A stretch of DNA of 64,000 nucleotides from a virus, in IMG/VR virus record IMGVR_UViG_3300025876_000005, positions 8,643 through 72,642 of that record; one strand, written 5' to 3'. Positions 36,968 to 48,700 of this stretch are shown here, piece by piece (positions within the stretch are counted from its first letter, which is position 1; each line of letters starts with the position of its first letter). The notes under the pieces were generated by a model. It had not been told where the DNA came from. It ran no database searches and saw only the letters and a program-made list of their open reading frames with translations. Made by a program: the position numbers and the translations under genes.

Positions 36968-38902
36968 ATGGCAACTCCGTTAGTTAGAATACCTCAACCA
37001 AGAGGCGGCACGATGTACGCTTTTGCGTCTTCTGCTAGAGATATGACTAGGGCGTTCAATAACCCTGACCTGAACTTTGAGTTCAGCCGTTATGCGTTAT
37101 TGGATTTACCTGACTTTACACAATCCACAAATGGTGCAAATACAATTGACTTTAGTTTAAACCTGGTTAATGCATCTGGAAGTGCTTATTCTGCCGGCGC
37201 GCCAAACATTGATTTTGCACAGACTTTTCAGAATTATACATTAAATGCTGAAGAGCTCTTATTACAAGATGACGATTACGATCCAATAATTCTACAGTCA
37301 GATGCTGAAAAATTATTCTTTAAATGGTTAAGCAATCTAGGTGCGATTAGATTTAGAACTGCTGATTCAAACGAGGCTACAATCGGCGCTCTAACCGAAG
37401 AGAACAATTCAATTCAGACTGGTGCTGTTTATGATCGAGTAGTTAAGTACATTGGTACAATTGACGCTGAGAACGATATTGCATATAAAGGTAATGCATA
37501 TCATGAAGTTTACATTAACGTGCCAACTTCAGTAGGTTCAACGCCAACTGTTCTTTTCCAGCCTAGACAATATAACACAACAGCAACCAAACTCTATGCT
37601 GATAATGTAATTGAAGGCAGATCGGGTCAAAACCACCCAGATCCAAACATCAACTTATTATCAGTTGTAGATACTTACGACGTAGGCACAGGTGAGGCCT
37701 ATTACAATATTAATCCAAATGCAACCGATAGCGTACAAATTGTTTTTAACGATACCTCATATGCTCAGATTACAAATGTATCTGATGTTGAGAATTTATT
37801 AGACTTTGCTAAAACAGGCCAGCAGTTTACTTTCAATGCCATTTTGGTTTACTATGACTTATATAGCGCTTCTAATCCTTCACAAAGGGCGACTAACTTA
37901 TATGGTATTCTAATCTTAGATGAAATTCAGTCCACTGGCGGAACTGGTTCTAAGATTCACGAGCAGATTAAATTTAAACCGAATGAAGTAACAGGACTTA
38001 ACGGTAATGCCTTCTCTTTGAAGCTTAACCTTAAGTTTAACTCTTCTCTAGATAACGTTGGTGTTGAGACTTCAGTAAATGACTTTACTACATTCTCAAT
38101 GGATCTGTTTATGGATACGACGACTGCTCTTGAGAATGCAACTGAGTTATTAATTGAAGCTAACAGAAGATATGGTTATCTAGCAGAGAGGCTGGATAGC
38201 GTAGAGAATCTAGTAGTTGGTAGTCAAGAGAATGATGAACTAGTTGCTAGAATAGCTGAGGTTGAAGAGCAGATGCAGAATGCATCTCTACAGCTACAAG
38301 ACTCAGATTCTCTGTTACAACTTATTACTAAAGCACACGACCGTATCAATTCAATGATTGACGGTACTATCCCAACTGAGATCCAATATAATACTGACGT
38401 AATCTTTGCTGGTGCAGGTACAAGAATTGATAAGTCTAATCCTGAAAAGATTAAGATTATAAATGATGTAAACGGATACTCTATCACACCTGCATTTACA
38501 TGGGATCAAGTTGGTACTCCGACCTTGATTACTACTAGCAGTCCGTTTGACGTTGGTGCATCAGGCCAAGGCGCTCAAGCTTTTGGTATTTATGCTAAAT
38601 TAGCAAACTATACAAATAGGCTAAGTTTACAGAACTTATTAACCAATGACCCTAATGATGATCTAGATATATACATTGACGATGGTTCATTTGCATGGAA
38701 AGCTGGTCAATTATTTAAGATCTCTTTCGATACAATAAACATGGGTGGTAACTCAATTAACATATATACGGGCCGCGCTACTGGGTACGATAAGACAATT
38801 GCAACTCTACAGCCGGTACAGCTTATTAGTGATAAGCCATATATTGAGGTTGTGTGTATCGACCCTATAAACTACATTTTTGAAGTGGATATATTAAGAT
38901 AA
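36968..38902 (+). CDS. Virion structural protein (putative baseplate)
   Basis: 644 aa ORF in the structural module, with a central coiled coil. Confidence 0.55.
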   Translation: MATPLVRIPQPRGGTMYAFASSARDMTRAFNNPDLNFEFSRYALLDLPDFTQSTNGANTIDFSLNLVNASGSAYSAGAPNIDFAQTFQNYTLNAEELLLQDDDYDPIILQSDAEKLFFKWLSNLGAIRFRTADSNEATIGALTEENNSIQTGAVYDRVVKYIGTIDAENDIAYKGNAYHEVYINVPTSVGSTPTVLFQPRQYNTTATKLYADNVIEGRSGQNHPDPNINLLSVVDTYDVGTGEAYYNINPNATDSVQIVFNDTSYAQITNVSDVENLLDFAKTGQQFTFNAILVYYDLYSASNPSQRATNLYGILILDEIQSTGGTGSKIHEQIKFKPNEVTGLNGNAFSLKLNLKFNSSLDNVGVETSVNDFTTFSMDLFMDTTTALENATELLIEANRRYGYLAERLDSVENLVVGSQENDELVARIAEVEEQMQNASLQLQDSDSLLQLITKAHDRINSMIDGTIPTEIQYNTDVIFAGAGTRIDKSNPEKIKIINDVNGYSITPAFTWDQVGTPTLITTSSPFDVGASGQGAQAFGIYAKLANYTNRLSLQNLLTNDPNDDLDIYIDDGSFAWKAGQLFKISFDTINMGGNSINIYTGRATGYDKTIATLQPVQLISDKPYIEVVCIDPINYIFEVDILR

Positions 38903-38903
38903 G

Positions 38904-41900
38904 ATGAATACAAATAACTCAATTTCTAGCACGGTTAAGAAACTTCTCGAGATCAATACTAACTCGTTGAAGACCTTCGAACGTATAAACGAAGCGATTA
39001 CAACACAAGAGAAGAACGTGCCACTTGAAATCTTAAACGGTGAAGGTGGGACAACAACTGTTTATGTGCCTTCTTTTGGCTACATGAAACGTGAACTTGA
39101 GCGTTTAGATACTAATCTTAAAGCCCTAAGCGGTCTTGGTAAAGGCAATACTAAAGTAAGGCTTTCAGATGGTACTTACCAAAATGTAATTACATCTAGA
39201 CTTAAGAGCCCTGCAAACGATATTAGAACTTTTACAAAGCCGGATCAATTTAAGGTAAAGTCTAACTACTTTTTTGAAGACTTTTTGAACCCGCTTTTAT
39301 CAGTTTCATTTAATGTTACAAATCAAATTCCAAGCGATACCGAGCGAGTTCTTGTAAAAAGAATTCTTTTTGACAATACTAGCCAGGCTGCTGTTGACTT
39401 CTTTAACGAGAACTTCTTAAACCAAGAAGAAATTGACCATGCACAGGCAATTAGAGATATTGCTAACAATAACATTTCATATCAAGTTGACGAAGAATTA
39501 AGAGACATGCCTTATCAGAGTGTTCTCTACTTTGGTTCTTTCGACGTTTTAGCAATAAATGACTCTAAGAGAACAGTAACTATTGACGGTCAGACTAAAA
39601 GAAAGGCAGTTAAAAGATACCGCCTAGACAAGCTAACATATACAGATTCTAACAAAGACGTTAAAGATACCGAGGTCTTAAAAGAAGGTGATGAACTTAT
39701 CGTTAATACTGGTAAGATGACCACTAAATATAAGGCTACTAGAGTAGACAGTTCGACAAGAGAGGTTGAACTAGAGCTTGTAGAAGGCTTTGAGGCTATT
39801 AGGATTGGCGCTAACGCACTTAAAATTTATAAGAATACAAACATTCAGCTGAATGTAGAAATCAACGTAGGGTTCAACGAACGCGTCCTAGTGTTTGTTA
39901 AAGCAATTGACCCGGATTCTAAAATTCTAGCTGAGAACTGGTCACCTGGTGTTGGCTTTTATACTAATGACCTGAGTAGAGTTGATGAGGACGGAAACGT
40001 TATAACTCTTGCAAATTATTACAAAGAAGAAGTTGCTGACTTTGGTCAATTTATCAGAGCACTAAAAGAGGACTCAATACCACCTTCAACTGAGGGTATT
40101 ACGCCAGATGCTCCAACAATTGACGCTGCAAACTTTAGTGTTGTACAAATTAACAGACACTTAACTGATAATGATGCTGCTAACAAGATTAAGCAGTTGT
40201 CAAGAGATAAAGTTGCAGTAGAGGAGGCAATCAAGAAATTAGACGATACAATCGTTAAGAAGAGATCTGAAATCGCGACTAAAAAATACACGTCGCAGAT
40301 TGAGTCTGATAAAGACAGAAACCAGTTAGCGAGCTTAGTTGAGCAGCGAACTTCTGAAACTAGACTCTACGGTTCTATTGTAAACCAGGTTCAAAGCCTT
40401 TCTTCAGATACTAATGTTACTAACGTAACTCCTAAATTTAGAATTAGAGGTTTCTGGTCTATTCCAGCCGATAAAAAGGTTGCTTCAACCACAGATCAAA
40501 GAGTTGTACAATTTGTTATTCAGTACAGATACCTTTCAACTAGCGGTAAAGCACCTGAAGTTTCTCAGTTGACCTTTACCGAAGATGCTAGAGAGAAAAC
40601 AGCAGTCTTCTCAAACTGGAATGAAGTTAAAACACCAGTTAGAGAAAGAGCTAAAGATCCAGTAAGTGGAAAGTTTGTATGGCAAGACTCTTTAATAGAG
40701 GACGGTCAGAAAGTTAACTTTAACCAGCTTGACATTCCTATTCAACAAGGTGAAATCGTTGAGTTTAGAATCAAGTCTGTTTCTGAAGCTGGCTTCCCAG
40801 CTAATCCAATCATGTCAGACTGGTCAGCTCCGATTACAATTGCGTTCCCAGATGCTGAGTTAGACACGACTGATCTACAAGATATTGTTGATCTAAACAA
40901 AACAGAGTTAACAAGTGTCAGACTAGCAGAAGAGCTAGACTCTAAAGGAGTTTACACACATGTTGGCGACTCATTTACTGCTAACGAGAGCTACTATGCG
41001 CACGTTGCAACTAATCTGGCTTCGGGCTTTTTATCACCTGAACAAAAGCCAATTTCAGTTTACGATAAACTGGCTGAACTACAGCAGAAAATTGAAGCGC
41101 TACAACAACAAATTGAAAATGCCAAAGGTGAACTTCTAGTTAAACTTATTGCTGAAGACGGTACAGTAACTATTATTAACAAGAATACTAATAATAAGAT
41201 CTTTGCTGGCTATTACGTAGATGAGGTTGCTGAAATTTCAATTAAGAAAGGCCACATTGTAACTAAGACATTTAAACTCCTACTTGAGAATACTAAAGCA
41301 ACTCAACTTGAATTAATTTCGAGAATTGCCGGTGAAAGAACAAAACCAGCTTACAGATCTTCTGCAAGTGGTTCTGTTGCAGGTATACATAGCTTTGGTA
41401 ACGTAAGTAACGACCAGGGTACTAATGATGTTGATGATAAGATAGTATCAGACATTTATTACACAAGCAAAGGTAAATATGATCTTGCGCCTATTCTTTA
41501 CCAAAACTTAACAGGTACCGAATTAACAAGATATGATCTATTACAACCAGCGCCATATCAGTCTGCTCAGAGAAGAGGTCAATTCATTTACTCAAGGTAT
41601 ATGGATATTGCTAACGTTGAGCCTCTGTATGCAGTGAATGCGGTGACAAACCAGCAAATTTCAAGCACTAACTTTAGATACTATGAACATACGTTAAGTT
41701 ACGGTACGTTTGAGGGTAGTGATGCTAACTTCTTAACGCCTGATGGCGATGCTGATTCAACTAATTATATTTGGGCAGGTTCTTTCGGTAGATACTGGTC
41801 TTCATCACAGCAGACCCCACCACTGATTCAATTCCAAGAATGGGGCGGTTACGACCCGGAAGCAGTTGACTGTACTGCAATTACAAGTATTAATACCACT

Positions 41901-42659
41901 ACATACAACAATGGTATCTTTATGCATAAGGACCATCCAGATATTGAAACTTTCTTTGGGTCAACATATCCACAGGCCAATTCAGATCCATCAGATTTAA
42001 AGGATAGCGAACAGGTGCAAGCGCTACAAGCTATTGTAGACAGTGGTATCTACACAATGCCGATTACAGCTAATATACCGAACGGTGCTCTAACCAGTAC
42101 GCATTTAGGTTTAACAGGTTATGCTCTAAAACAATTAGGCTTTAGAGATACTAACAACATGATTACGGCTGACAGAAGAACGTTTAAAATGTCTTTCGAT
42201 GCCAATGATCAGTATCTACTAGGAGGTCGCTCTTGTGGTGCTTTCTTATACATGTCGCCAATTAACTTATTCTCACTTTCAATTGATGGTGATAATGATC
42301 TTTCTAGAAAACACTTAAATCAGGGTGATGCTAATGCTATTGCAGTTGATATTGTATTCCAGTACAGAATGACTGATTACGCCGGTAACGATACTACGAC
42401 CGATATTGGTAACATTGCAGGTTTAAGAGGTTCTAGTGTTTCTAACGTTACGTATTCTAAGAAAATTGGATTAGATATATTCGACGAAGGTGACGATCAA
42501 TTCTCATTTGACTTAGAAGTATTTGCTAAATACTCAGCAAAAGGTAGCAATATTAACTCGATTAAGGCTGCTCAGCTAGTTGCAAATACGGCTGTTGGTA
42601 ATGATGTTTCGGCTGCATCTCCAATCTCACCACTAGGCTTTACTCTTTACTCTAGTTAA
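38904..42659 (+). CDS. Large virion structural protein
   Basis: 1251 aa; coiled coils and an FN3-like segment (FRIKSVSEAG..SDWS). Confidence 0.55.
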   Translation: MNTNNSISSTVKKLLEINTNSLKTFERINEAITTQEKNVPLEILNGEGGTTTVYVPSFGYMKRELERLDTNLKALSGLGKGNTKVRLSDGTYQNVITSRLKSPANDIRTFTKPDQFKVKSNYFFEDFLNPLLSVSFNVTNQIPSDTERVLVKRILFDNTSQAAVDFFNENFLNQEEIDHAQAIRDIANNNISYQVDEELRDMPYQSVLYFGSFDVLAINDSKRTVTIDGQTKRKAVKRYRLDKLTYTDSNKDVKDTEVLKEGDELIVNTGKMTTKYKATRVDSSTREVELELVEGFEAIRIGANALKIYKNTNIQLNVEINVGFNERVLVFVKAIDPDSKILAENWSPGVGFYTNDLSRVDEDGNVITLANYYKEEVADFGQFIRALKEDSIPPSTEGITPDAPTIDAANFSVVQINRHLTDNDAANKIKQLSRDKVAVEEAIKKLDDTIVKKRSEIATKKYTSQIESDKDRNQLASLVEQRTSETRLYGSIVNQVQSLSSDTNVTNVTPKFRIRGFWSIPADKKVASTTDQRVVQFVIQYRYLSTSGKAPEVSQLTFTEDAREKTAVFSNWNEVKTPVRERAKDPVSGKFVWQDSLIEDGQKVNFNQLDIPIQQGEIVEFRIKSVSEAGFPANPIMSDWSAPITIAFPDAELDTTDLQDIVDLNKTELTSVRLAEELDSKGVYTHVGDSFTANESYYAHVATNLASGFLSPEQKPISVYDKLAELQQKIEALQQQIENAKGELLVKLIAEDGTVTIINKNTNNKIFAGYYVDEVAEISIKKGHIVTKTFKLLLENTKATQLELISRIAGERTKPAYRSSASGSVAGIHSFGNVSNDQGTNDVDDKIVSDIYYTSKGKYDLAPILYQNLTGTELTRYDLLQPAPYQSAQRRGQFIYSRYMDIANVEPLYAVNAVTNQQISSTNFRYYEHTLSYGTFEGSDANFLTPDGDADSTNYIWAGSFGRYWSSSQQTPPLIQFQEWGGYDPEAVDCTAITSINTTTYNNGIFMHKDHPDIETFFGSTYPQANSDPSDLKDSEQVQALQAIVDSGIYTMPITANIPNGALTSTHLGLTGYALKQLGFRDTNNMITADRRTFKMSFDANDQYLLGGRSCGAFLYMSPINLFSLSIDGDNDLSRKHLNQGDANAIAVDIVFQYRMTDYAGNDTTTDIGNIAGLRGSSVSNVTYSKKIGLDIFDEGDDQFSFDLEVFAKYSAKGSNINSIKAAQLVANTAVGNDVSAASPISPLGFTLYSS

Positions 42660-42728
42660 ACTTGTTTATCTCAAGTTTCAGTCTATGATATATAGATTGC
42701 AGAAGCTATATAAAAAAGAAGGCAATAG

Positions 42729-45700
42729 ATGGCATTACAATCAATTAACTTATATTCTAAAACTGGAATAACTAATCCATGTACTGGTGGTGGTCAGGGT
42801 ACATTAGGCGTTTTCTATTGGGATGACGATGATGGCTCCAGCGGTAGTCTAACACCGAACTCTTTAGACACTATTGTAAGTAATAGTAAGGAGATCTATA
42901 ATGATAGCTTATTTCAAAGTTTAGCACAGGATGGTTGGTATGCTGAGTCTCTCTTTCCTGGTCAAAATCAAGTTGATGTGTATCAGTTTCAGAGTGGTAG
43001 CTGGGGGAGTTATACGCAATGTCAACCTTCTGCTACAGCTTCAATTACAGTTTATTATAAAGACCCTAATCAATTAGACCCTAGTGTAGGTCCTGATGAC
43101 ACTAATCCTTGTGACCCTAATGTCAGCGCATCCCAGGAAACAATCTACTATGACTCTACTGCCCAAGGTGGAGTAGGCTTTGGTTTAACTCTAGCACAGG
43201 CTATTCAGTACAACGTAGGCGTTTTTTATGATTTTAGTCTGAGTCAACAACTAGATGACGGTTGGTACGCTGACGATGATTTTCCAGATTCTGTAAATGA
43301 TGTAAACGTTTATCTTTTTTTAGGAGGCGCTCATTATTCAAATCTAAATACTAACGGTTATATTATATGCCAATCAACGGGAGGGACCTCTACAACTAGT
43401 GGAACTAGTGGAACTAGTGGAACTAGTGGAAGTTCTGGGACTGCAGGTGCTTTTTCATTAAGAGTAACCGCAGCAGAAGCAGCGCCTTTTTTATGCCAAG
43501 ATGTCACAGATGATGATCCCGATTCAACAATTCCTTTCTATACTATACACTATTGGACATCTAGTGGTCCTTTAACACTAGCTCAAGTAGCTGATGCAAA
43601 TATACCTATTTTCTCAGATGAGAATAGTGCTGTTGACTACGGCCTTCGTGTTCAGAGTGGAGTTACACCAACGTACAGTGGTATTATTAAGTTTAGTGGT
43701 TACTTTAGAGAATTTAAGCAGAGAGGTATATTCTATTGGGAATTTAATGACTCTAATCCGGCGAATTCTAAGTGGAGGAGCGAGTTACAAGATGATTGTC
43801 CGCCTATTCCAGAACCACAAGCATGGCCTATAACACTTTACCATGATAACACTTTGTCTAATCCAGATAGTATTTCAGAATACTGCTGTAGCAATAATTC
43901 AACTTCAGCAGTGTGGTATTACTGGAGTGTAAATCCTTATCCAAATCTATTAACTTTAGCTAATGCTGGTATTTTACTCTACAATACTGCAAATGCAGCT
44001 GAAATTTCTTTATTTCCTGAACTTATCCCATTTGGTATATGGGGAGATGACACTGGCATTGGCACTGATAAACTGCTTAAATTTAGACCTAATGATGATC
44101 TTCAACCAACATGGTTCGGCCTAGACGATAGTGATACGGAGACAGAGAGCCCTAACATCACACAATATTTTAACTGTGGTTATTTTACTCAGCCTGCTGG
44201 TAGCCCGAATACCAACATACAGAGTACAAGTCCTTTTGCGAACAAAGTATTTTATGCTTTTCATTCATGTGATCCAACAGCGGGCGAACATATTTTACAT
44301 GTAGTCGACGGGCAGCATTTTGCTAACGTTGACAACTTTATGAGTGACTTTATAGAAACTCTAGTAAGAACTAACCCTAAGTTGACAACTATTGAAACTG
44401 GCGTTATTGGCTGTCAAACTTACAAGCATAAAGTTATTGCAGAGAGCATCGAAGAAGCAGTGCAGCTTTTAAAAGCGGAAAAATTGAACGGTGTCAAATA
44501 TTATGATGCTGTACAAGAGTCTGAGTTAAGTGATTTAGGTATTGGTGACTTTGTAACTCTTAGTATTTACGCAGACTGCTGTGATTGTATACAAAGATTA
44601 AACGATAGTAGGTATCAGTTTGGTGAAACTGGTGTTGTTCAACCAGCTGGCCTAGGGCCTAACTTTGCAGTAGAGAGAAATGCAAAGCTGGATAACGTTG
44701 CTAAACCTCTTTTAAGAACTAATCCTAAACTAACAACTAATGTTAAACTTGTTGTTAACTCAAGAGATGAACTATATCTTGATTCGATCAGTGCAACTGA
44801 TGATTTAGCATCTGCTAATTACAAGAAGTTCCCGGTTAATCCAAGAGGATCGTATGCGTATGATCTGACTAGATTCTACACTAAGAATAAAACACCGCTT
44901 GAAATAGTTTACACAACTAAGAGGCGAGATTCTGACTTCTCTGTTTTCTCTGAGTATGAGAAACAGATCGAAGAAGATTACCATTACGGTACGGCAATGA
45001 ACTACTCTAAGTTATATGACGAGGAGTTTAGAATGTTTGCTCCGATCTATGTTGATCTAAATATGCCTAAGAAGTTTGTAATCTACAGGATAAACGACCC
45101 TAAGGATAGTACTTCTTTTACAGATAGTGCTCTTGGCAACGAAGCTAGAATTAAAAAGTTAATTGAGAAATCTGAGATTGTTAAGGTTTTTGATCTGACT
45201 AAAAATAGTAATATCGGTAAGTATTTAAGAAATTACGTACAGGATCAAGCCTTTCCAAAGGCTCCGATTACATTCTCATTCGAAGAGAATGAAAAGACTA
45301 CATATAATGGTATTGATTTAATTAAAGGTGGTTTTACTAAGAAGGCTGAGTATATGCATAACGATTTTATACTTAAAGATAAGCCTTTAGTAGCCGCTAA
45401 TGATTTTGTTACAGATGGCTTTAGAAGAAACCATATTGCGGCTGCAAACATCATCAACATGGAATTCTTGTTCGATGACCCACATGCAAGTACTTATTCA
45501 GTTAACAGATATATTGGTCTTTACGTAGATGATATTGAGACTGGTTCTGGTCGAGTTTCTTCGATTAGAAATGGTAGTATTATCTTTAAGAACGTGAACT
45601 CTAACATGAGCTCTACGTTTGACTATGCGGCAATACCTTCTTATAAGATGTTAACTGAAATGCCAATTTTAGCATATGCTAGAACTGGCGAAAATTACTA

Positions 45701-48700
45701 TAAGCTAGATAATACAAAGAGCTATGACCATAGTAGACTGGAGCTTAGAGTTCAGGACTCTAGAAATGAGATCCCAACACAGCTGGGTATACAGTACAAA
45801 GGTCAAACAATTGACATAAAGGCTAATCCTAACAGGGGGTTTGACTTTATCAAAGTTAAAGTTGTCGATATTCCAAACCACAACGATAAAATTGCACTGG
45901 CTACAGTAAAGAATGAGTCTTATAGATTTACTTTTGTTAAATTTGTAGCTAATGTTAACGTTCAGATTGATGATTCAGTTGGTAATACAATAACTTTTAA
46001 CACTGGTGCTGATATTACTACAGCTCTTTCTAACGTACAAACCGCATATACAGCTCCATTTGCTGATGTTTACAACCTTGAAATTTTAGACAATGGCTTT
46101 ATCTTAACCGAGAAGTTAGCCAATCTACTTAATCTAGCACCAGAAGTTACCACATCGAATGGTAACGTCTTTAATAGAAAGGAGATCTATACAAACGTTG
46201 AGATACCAAACAGATCTTATTATGCCGCAGATCCAAATACTGCAAGCCCGAATTACTTAACCAAAGGAACTTTCAGCGGACAATACTTTTCTGCTGCTGG
46301 TAATACTAGAGATGTCGCTATTGCTTTAACTAAGTTAATTAGAGAAAGAGGAGACTTTGATGCATTTAACATTGGTGATGAGATTTATATAAGTGTTAAG
46401 ATACCGGGTTATAAAATTATGCAGCAAGCATTCTTAGTTAACAGGAATAATACACTACCGTTCTTGGAGTTTGATGCTATTAACGTAGACTCTGATAACG
46501 AATTAGAGCTAGGAGATTTAGCTATCGGTACTTCTGGCAACTGGGATGCGTATTTCTTTAAAGGTGGTAATTTAGAGAATAAGAGTATTTTAGTGACTAA
46601 AGAAACTGCTCCAATTATAAGTGTAGGTGAGTATTTACCAACTGCATATAAGGGGCGTTATAATAGAGTCGTAGATATTGTTCAAGATATTACAGACCCT
46701 GCCGGTGATTACTTAAAGGTTATATTATCTTTGGAGAACTCAGTTAAGGATGGTGAGGTTAGAGTTTTTGTAGATAGAGACTTAACGATGGGTCTATTCT
46801 CAGCATACTCAATTTACGATATGGACTTTGACTTCCACGATACAGCTAATTCTAATCTTAAAGAATTGAATCACGAGACAATAGACCAGATAGTTTATGA
46901 ACCTTATAGTGGGGTTAGTCAAAATACTAGTCCAGGAGCAGGTGACCTAATAAAAACCGATGTTCTAGATGCAGCTTACGAAATTTCACCAGATTTATAT
47001 TTTGCTAATCTACAGCCTATTCTTGGCAACGAAGATATTGATGATGTTGACTTAGAATCAATCGGAAGTGAGTACGATAGGCTTTCTGAAAATGAAATCA
47101 AAGAGTTTGCAATAGGGTCAAGAGTTGTGCCTAATATTAACAAGTGGGTTCTAAGAAATGGAAATACTGTAAGAGAAGAGCCTTATCACTTAAACGCTAA
47201 TAGTGCTTTTGGTAGAACAAACTTTGCACCGGACCTTGAAGTTACAGAACGTGATATAAAAGCATTTACTCATGAATGGTTCTATATTGAAAACTTACCA
47301 GATTATTTAAGGTTCTGGCAGATTAACAATACTTTTAGTTACATTAACTTTATTAAAGGGTTTGATCTAACTAAAGACCTATTTAAGAGAGTTGACTACG
47401 ACTACTTCGATATGTTCATGGTCGGCGAAGGTCACGAAATTGATCTTTATAATGATGATCCACTTGAACGAGATTCAAGTCTTTTCAATATTAACAGTTA
47501 TGTAAAATCTAATCTACGTAAGAAATACACTATCATTGACAATGGTTCTTCTGAAACTTTTGCAAATACTATATTTAAGGGCTTAAATGTGACTCTTAAA
47601 TCTAGAAAAGAGTTTGTTAATAGCGTAGCTTCAGAATTTGTAAAGAATACCGAGTTCAACGGTTATAAGTTTAGTATAATGGTTAAGGTTAACAATCAAG
47701 CTTCTAACAATTCAATTGATTTTGAGGTTATTCAGAATAAGAAGTTTAAATTTGTAATCTTCTATATTACGTTGAATACGGGTGATGTTTGGGCATCAGA
47801 TCTAAACAGAAAGCTATTCTATGAACTTAAACACCAACTTAACTATAACACAGTTACTAATAAATACGTTTATGCTGATATAAACATTTCCGGCGCATTA
47901 GACTTAAAGGCTATTAATTTTAACGGTTTAAGTCCTTATCGAGTTTATGGTATTGACCATGCGGATGGATCAGTTTCTAATTTTGATTCTCAAATATCTA
48001 AGAATACTTCAGGTACTTATAATAATATTGTAATTGACTTAGGTGCTATTGGTGAATATCAAGTACAAGTCTTCTCAGTAGAATCTGATAGTGAACTTTT
48101 CATACAAGGTAGACCAACTAAAGTCGGAGGGTCTGTTAGCGACCCAGATTATTATTTAGATACAGTTGCTTTAAATATTGCTGATCTTAAGAACGCAACA
48201 TATACTTATATTGGCGGTGGTTTTAACGCACAGCAATTGATACTTAATGAATTAACTGCCGGTAATGTCTCTAAAGTACTTAACAACAACGATGACAGAG
48301 TTACTTATACAACTATCGAGAGTGATGGAACTGTAAATAATAATAGGTTTACTATTAACTTTAATGATGGTAAAGAGTTTGTTAAGAAGGTAGATCTAAC
48401 CACAGTTGAAGACGTTGATAAACCGAAGAGCTATAAATTATTAAGCACTGGTGTTACAGCAAAGTTGACTATAAGCGATCCGGTCGCTGCTAAAGAGAAG
48501 TATTATGATGATTATAATAAGTCTAAGAAAACAATAGGCTATAACATCGTAGCTACTAATCCATACTATGCATTCATGGTAAGACACTCAGGTGATTATA
48601 CTATAGATCTAGAACCTGTAGTTACCTTTACGGACATTTATACACACTTTAAAACAAATAGAAAGCACTCTACTCTAGATTTACGTGAACAACTATTTGA

